Under the pieces are notes generated by a model. The model made no database searches. It worked only from the letters and a program-made list of their open reading frames with translations, and was not told the origin of the DNA. A stretch of DNA of 64,000 nucleotides from the human T2T-CHM13v2.0 reference genome, Homo sapiens. The stretch lies in NCBI RefSeq assembly GCF_009914755.1, contig NC_060939.1; one strand, given 5' to 3'. Below, piece by piece: positions 55,920-64,000 of this stretch; within the stretch, counting starts at the first letter, position 1; every line of letters starts with the position of its first letter. Made by a program: the position numbers and the translations under genes.

Positions 55920-57830
55920 TTAGCCATTTGCAAACCCTCATTTAAAAATGTTCTTCAAGGACATTAAGCCCAGGGAAGAGGGTTGCAAGAAACAATACTG
56001 AGCAAGCTGACAAAGATATCAGTAAATCTAAATAATTCTAACTGCAAAAACATGATTACCATTCATTGGGAAGAGACAAAGACAAAATGTGGTTAAATTA
56101 ACAGATAAAAATAACGTGTAAAATCAAGATAAAGCATTTGAAGGCTTTTATATTATCAATGAAGGAAACCTGATGCCTCAGACTTCCTTTATATATTTTT
56201 AAGGCAACAACAACAAAATTTTAATAGATTATCAAATTTCCACACCAGTGGAAGAGAGAAGGGGAAATTTTTTTTAAAAGTTGGTCAAGCCAATAGAAAC
56301 AAACAAACAACAACAAAGAGAAACAGAAGCAAAGAAAAAGCATGGTATAGTAAACAGATAAAATAAATAAAATGAATTCTAGCAATACTAGAAACATGAA
56401 AACACTAACTCTGCCAATGAAAAAACATATTCCCAAATTTGACATTTTTTAAAAAATTCAAATATATCTTACTTTTAAGAAACATACGTACATCATCATG
56501 ACAGAGAATGACTGAAAATAAAACTAAGGGAAAAGAAACATCAAGCAAACATTTACCAAAATAAAACCTGACTGGCAATACTAACGTTAGCTGAAAACAT
56601 CTGGAAGGACAAAAGTATTGGCAGGGATAAAAATGGCCCATTACATGATGATAAAAGGAATGGCTCACCAGCCGTACAGCTCATACACCTGTGTGCACCA
56701 AACAATACTGCCTCACAACTTACAAAGCAGAGATCAATAGAATTAAAAGGTAAAACTGGCCAAGCCACAATAAGTTATGAGATTTTTAATATATCTCTAA
56801 AACAAATCAAGCAGGTCCAAAATAATGAGACTATAAATGATTCTGACATCACACTAACTTCAGTAAATGGGCATATAGAACACAACAATTAGAAAATATA
56901 TAATCTGTTTGCAGTAATTTGAGATTATGTACTCTTTTCATTTATACATAAAACATTTATTAAAACAAAAACATCTATGTTCTAGGCCACGATGCAAATC
57001 TCTACCACTACCAGTAAATCAATGACATACGGAATTCAGTATGCTCAAAAGCTTCTAATAAACCTAATCCTCCTACAGATAGCAACTGTAAACTTGAAAA
57101 AAATACAAAAATCCAAACACCTGAAGGTTGGAAGATGTGGGTGGAGTCAACACTTGGAAGACAGGAACAGCACAGGAGACTGAGGGAAGGCCTGGTCAGT
57201 GCCATGCAGAAGGGGTAACGCTCCAACAGAAAGCTTGCAGCCCCTGTGATCTGAAGAACCAGAGGACAGAGTGCAGGGCAACAAGGTGACTGGAAAGTAT
57301 GGGGGAGGCATGCTGGAAAGGAGAGATCCACAAAGGGGAAGCCGAAAATTCTGTATATAAATTCTACCCAACTCTCAGGATGATGCCTACATGGAAAAGA
57401 GTCTAGTTAAGAATAAAAGAACTGAGATTTGAGTTGCCACCCAAGATACAAATTCTGCAGTCTGAGTCCAACAAAATTAATTGCCAGCTAAAATACTCTC
57501 CAGAGTAATAGAATTCAGAATCTCCACGTTACATTTACAATATCCAGAACACAATCCAAAATTACTTGACACATGAATAACTTGGAAAATGTGACCCCTT
57601 TTTAAGAGAAAAGACAATCAATGTAGACCAAACCCGAAGATGACCCAGATGTTAGAATAGCAGACAAGAATTTTGAAGCAATTATTACCATAATGCTCAA
57701 GGACTTAAAGGAAAATGTGCTCATGATGGATGAAAAGACAGGAAATTGCAGCAGAAATACTGACACTACTTAAAAAATGGAAATATCATATGCACCACAT
57801 TCTCCATTGTTATACACAGAATTATAAATT

Positions 57831-58130
<300 letters not shown>

Positions 58131-58224
58131 TTATAAATCATGTTGTAAAGATACCAAAAAAATTATATGAAAAAATAAAAATTCAATTAATTTATAGCAT
58201 AATATTTACTTTCTGCCACATGCT

Positions 58225-58422
58225 GTGTTTACATATATTAACTTAATCATCTTAATTTTATAAAATACATGCAAGCATTATCACCCTTTTACAAATAAAG
58301 AAATTGAGACACTTTAAAGGGGTTAAATAAATAACCCAAGGTCACTCAAGCTAGTGGTAGAGACAGGAAATCAAATCCAGTAAACTTGTGTCTAAATTCT
58401 TACCACTATACTGTACTGCCTC
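58225..58422 (-). mobile_element. MIR
   Basis: attatcacccttttacaaataaagaaattgag...cccaaggtcac...tactgcctc. Confidence 0.75.
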
Positions 58423-59023
58423 TTTAGGGAAAAGGTATGTGGAAATTACAGACTATTTAGAAGTGGGTACTAGAAATATTACATATGAAAATTTGTATGC
58501 CCCTACAGGTGTGCTTACAGGGAAATGAGTAGCCTTAAATACAGAAATTAAATATGAAGATAGTAAAATTTACTGAGCTAGGTATTCTACTCAAGAAGTT
58601 AGGGAAAAAGCAATAGGAATAAACCTAGAGAACATTTAAAAAAGGAATAAAGGAAAAAAAATAAAGATACAAATAGAAATTCAAAAATAAAAACAAAACC
58701 AAGCCAGTTCTTCGAAAAGGTTAATAGACAAAACTCTGCAATAAAGATAAATGAACTAGATTTGCATTTATTAAGATGGATAAATCTAGAAGACATGACT
58801 GTGAGTGATAAATGCAAGCTGCACAGCATAAAATCATTTATGTGAATTTTAAAACATACAAAACAATACAGTATGCAGTTTATGACTATATATCATAATC
58901 GCTATAAAAGTACAAAAAAACATGGAAAGGAAGGGGTCCCCTATGTCAGGTCAGTCTGGTGGTTGCTTCCGGGGAATAAGCCAGAGCCATGATAGTGGGT
59001 GGAGGGGAGAACGCCATCAGTCA

Positions 59024-59449
<426 letters not shown>

Positions 59450-60240
59450 TCATAATTCAAAATAATTTACACCTGCTACATTCATTTATGTCTTTACTGC
59501 CTATCTCCCCCACCAAACCCTAAGTTCTCTGGAGGCAAGGACCATACTATGTCATGTTCGCCATAGTATGCAAATCTCACCAGAGTCCGGAGGGTCAGTG
59601 AGAAGGGAAGCATAACTTCCTGTCTACAAATACTAAGATTCCTTGATTTCTTGTGGATTTGCTCAAGAGGCAAGGATGGCAGATTCAAGAATACTAATGA
59701 GAGTCTCTAGCTCCCAGCTTAGTGCTCTGCAGGCCCTCTCTCTCCCTGACTTAATACAGAAAAAGGGCATTGAAGTGGTCTCCTCAATAGTCAAAAATGA
59801 GCAGGTGAATTATAACCACAGCAGCTGCAGCAATAGCCAACATGGACTGGCCCTAAGTGGCAAGTCTGCATTAACTCATTTAATACTCACAAAAGCCCTA
59901 AGAGGTAGATGACATTACAAGGAAACTGAAGCTCAGAGAGGGTGGCACCATTCTAACTTGCCTGAGCTTACACAGCCCCTCAAATTGTTATCAAGAGTGT
60001 AACTGAATAGCTGACCAGCCAACGATGGTGTCTATTGTTACAGACAGGGTCCCTTTGTGTGGCCCACTTCTAGTTTCCTGTAAATGTGATTTTTACCTTT
60101 TAGACATTTATGACGGTTCGCTTGAACATGCCCTCCAGAGTGGCTGGAGGTGGTTACAGCACCCCTGGTTCTCAGTGTTCCTCCGCAATTATCCTACAAC
60201 AGACATCACCACCCCATGGTGCAGGTAAGAAAACAGAGGC

Positions 60241-61070
60241 TGTGTGGCTTGAACTATGCACCACACCCCTGCCCACCACTCCAGAACCCTGCCAGATTCC
60301 TATGTTGAAGTCCTAACCCCCAGGACCTTAGAATGTGGTTGCATTTGCAGATAGGGTTTTTACAGAGGTAACTAAGTTAAAATAAAGCACAACAGTGGGC
60401 CCTAATCCAATGACTGGGATCCTCCTAAGAGGAAATTTGGACGGAGACATGCAGAGAGATAAGACCATGTGAAGACACAGGGAGAGGACGGCCAATACGG
60501 TTTGGATGTGTGTCCCCTCCAGATCTCATAATGAAACATGCTGCCCAATGCTGGAGGTGGAGCCTAGTGGGAGGTGGTGGATCCCTCATGAATGGCTTAG
60601 TGCCATCCCCGTGGTGATGAGTGAGTTCTCACTCCATTAGTTCATGCAAGAGTTGGCTGTTTAAAACGACCCTCACCTCTTCGCTCTCTCTCGTTCCCTT
60701 CTCTCTTGCTCCCTTCTCTCCCCATGTGACACGCTGGCTCCCCTTCATCTTCCACCAGAAACAGACACTGACACTATGCTTTATGTAGACGCTGCAGAAC
60801 TCTGAGCCAAAATAAACCTCTTTTCTGTATAAATTACCCAGCCTCAGGTATTCCTTCAGGCAACACAAATCGACTAACACAATAGCCATCTGCAAGCCAA
60901 GGAGAGAAGCCTGGAACAGATCCTTTCCTCATAGCCTCAGAAGGAACCAACCCTGTCAACGCCTTGATCCCACACTTTTGGCCTCCAGAACTATGAATAA
61001 TAAATACCAACAAAACAATAAATTTCGGTTAAGCCCCTGGGTCTGTGCAGCTTTGGAGCAGCCTCTTCGC
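60241..61070 (+). mobile_element. MLT1B-like LTR interrupted by an MSTB-like LTR (~60493-60880)
   Basis: Host breaks at gggagaggacggcc and resumes at atagccatctgcaagccaagg. Confidence 0.8.
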
Positions 61071-62057
61071 TCCACACACAGAAGCACAGAGACATCAAGG
61101 GACTCTTTTTCTGGGGTTACAGCAAAGGGAACAGAATTGCGCCTCTACCATGGTTCTTTTTTCTCTTTGCGGAATAATAATTCTTAAACTATTGATGTCT
61201 ACTTATAGAGTTAACATTTATATGCAAATAAATGTTTAAAATATTAACTTGAAGAAACTCAAAGTAGCAATTTAATGCCATTCCTTTTAGGTTCTGCTTC
61301 CAGTTAAGATGTAGAAGGACAGGAAAGACTCCAACTACCACTTTTACAGCAAAGAACACTGGATACACTACAAAATCATATTTTATTTTATCCACTGGGA
61401 GAGCTACGGTCTCAAAGAAGTGTAGAGGAACCAAATTTCAGAGGGATTGGCCCTTGCTGAGCAAAGATCAGCTACAGTTATCCCTGGGGCACAGGTGGAA
61501 TGAGGAGCTCATTAGCATCTAAGCTGTGGAAATAAGGAGGAAACAGCCAATTGTTAACTGTGTGGGCTGTAATAATGGATTACACCTGGATTTGAGATGT
61601 CCTAAATCTACTCCAGACTTTTACCAAGTGTGTGATGGCTGGCAAAAGTCAGGACAGGGATGGAAACAGAGTGGTATCTGCATAGTCACATGAGTACTGG
61701 CACCTACGCTCTTTATGGGGAGAGACCTAAGCCTGCCATAAACCTTTGCAGCTAGTGGCAAACCCAATCCAAGCCAACCCACTTCAAATCCCAATTAAAC
61801 AGAACGTTTGACCCCCTCATCCTAATTAAAAAGAAGGGTTGACCTCATCCTAGCTGCCTCTTGGTCACCCTAAGCGGAGCCAGGTGAGGACAGAGGGTGT
61901 CATACAAAGAAGTGACCGCAGAGAAGTGAAGCTTGGGTAAGTGTTACCTGATGTCCAACCTCCTGCTTTACTCATCAGCTCCATGAACTCATGTCAATGA
62001 TGTCTTTAGTGTTTAAGTCAGTTTCATTTCTGTCATTTCCAACCGAATGAATCTTAA

Positions 62058-62186
62058 CCCATTTATGCCAGAGGTTGCACATTTTTTTTGTGAAAACTCA
62101 GACCTTGGCGATGACCTTGAGCAGTAGGGTATAAATAACTCCCACAAGCTTAGCGTTCCAATAATGGAACACTAGGCATAATTGGT
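62058..62186 (-). mobile_element. MER85 (non-autonomous piggyBac/PGBD3 element)
   Basis: TTAA|cccatttatgcc TIR; internal palindrome gttccaataatggaac (62155-62170); degenerate second TIR ggcataattgg. Confidence 0.92.
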
Positions 62187-64000
62187 ACAAAGCACAAGAC
62201 CTGACCAACTGTGCACTACAGAGGATATACACGTATTATACGTGCAAATTCTTGCATAAATTAGCAATGCGCAGTTTCTACAGAGTTATAGTATCCACCA
62301 AATACTCATTGACATTACCTTTATAATGCTATAAATGAACAAACAATACTAAAAAATAACCACAATGATTTTTTGAAACAATGATAACAGAACTTAACCT
62401 ATAAAGTAGACATCAGTGCTTCACAGAAACCACAGCTGGAGGCATAATCACGTTCCAGTGAGCTCACCACCACTCAGCATGTTGCAGGATTCCTATACTG
62501 CAAAGGCCAAGGGAAAATCACTCTTCTATTTCACCATCTACTTCTACCACACACATGTGAAATACACCATGGGGGAGGAGAGGAAGATTCATAGTTACTT
62601 AAGAGTATGAAAATGCTGGGAGGAAGATTCTAAACTGAATCATAATGGAGAAATTAAAACAAGCACAGAAGGAAGATTAGAACGTTTGAAGTCAAAGTAA
62701 CTTTTTAAAAATCAAGGAACATTTCAAAATATCCAAGGTACCATTTTAGTTTGCCAAGTTCCAACCTGGAGTGCTATTTTATGGATCAGTTTATCAGGCC
62801 CCCAAAATAAGGAGCAATGTAGGAAACAGGATCAGCCTGTCCCCTCGCCTGAAGCCCCAAAGACCATTAGAAATGCAACCTCAGTAGTATCCAAGGGAAA
62901 GAAACAGTTCCCAGATGGCCTTTGCCGTGTCAGTCCTTCTAGCCACCAACCCTGCTCAGACATAAAACCCTACTCAGCACAGCGGCTCACCTAGGTTCAC
63001 CTTTCAAGTACACTGAGTGCTTCATGGAGGAAGTTTCTTAGACTTCTCCTCACCTACAAGAGCCGGCAAGGCTACTCTCAGACCATGTCCAAGGCTATCA
63101 TAACACAGGGTCACCAACAGGGCACGAAACCTATGGCTGCCATGTTCAGCCAGGAAGAGCATGTTCCCATGGGAAAGCTTGGATTAATCTGATTAATCTT
63201 TCTAGGAAAGATTAGGAAACTTCTAGGAAACTTAAAGAATGTACTTTGCAGATGTCCCAGTAAATTAATTTTCCCGATTTCTAAACTCCTGATGTTTGAA
63301 AGCTAATCCAAACTAGATAGGGCCTAACTGACTGCTCATTAGCTCAGCCTATTAAAAGGCCCATTGTCATTCTCAGGACAGCCACATTTACTGAATATTT
63401 CATGTAATGCAAGAAGGACCAGAAGCAAAATATGTAACTCTCCTCTGTATCTGTGTTCCTGACTAGTGCAGAGCCTGAGTCTGGCACAACCTTAAATCCG
63501 CACATTACTCCCGCACCAAAAAGCAAGCTGATGCAAGGTTTGAGAGCAGGGAAGGAGAGATTGTATTTTTAAGCAAGTTCAGAAATTTCTCCCTACAGTC
63601 TTGCGTGGCTGCTCTTGTTTTAACTTGTTCCATCACACCCACCCCACCCTGATTTTGTTAATTTTATTTCCTCATTAAAGGCTAAACAGTCTATCAAAAG
63701 AATGCCTCAAAACTCTCCTTAGGGACAAAAATGCAAACACAAGCACCATTTATCATGTCAGTGATCCTCAGTATCACACCACTAAAGGGGATGGAAGGCG
63801 GCCATTAGACAAACATCCCATTATCTCATCTACAAGCACGCTGAGTTCTGACCATGGACTAGAGTCTGATGAACGGTGGCGTGAGCAGAGAGAACAGTGA
63901 GAAGAAGACACATCTGTCCTTTGTTTCGTTGCATGGCCCTGCTTGAAGGTGCTCAAACGGGAAAATCCACTCCCGATGGCCCACAGGTGCTATTCCTCAG

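Overview
Human genomic DNA (AluYa5/AluY, primate L1s, MLT2A1 and MER85 are present), almost entirely intronic sequence of the minus-strand metalloprotease gene ADAMTS17 (chr15q26.3, from recall). Only one coding exon is supported: 173 bp at 16255-16427 (-). It has canonical AG/GT boundaries and encodes [18 protein letters not shown]|[40 protein letters not shown], i.e. the furin site and start of the catalytic domain, and appears to carry the Leu216 allele. The rest is interspersed repeats (nested L1s, L2, MIR, Alus, MaLR/ERVL LTRs, Tigger/MER44 and a piggyBac MER85) and several minisatellites. I found no evidence of a novel gene system, and nearly all listed ORFs are spurious. The most unusual features are a 164-bp, ~94% identical inverted duplication that truncates an MLT1D LTR; two minisatellites whose homogenised inner units are shifted A/T->G/C; a 136-bp dispersed direct duplication; a very young AluYa5; an MLT2A1 LTR; and a MER85 with an intact CSB-PGBD3 palindrome. 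Repeat subfamily names are by-eye recognition and boundaries are approximate unless TSDs are given.
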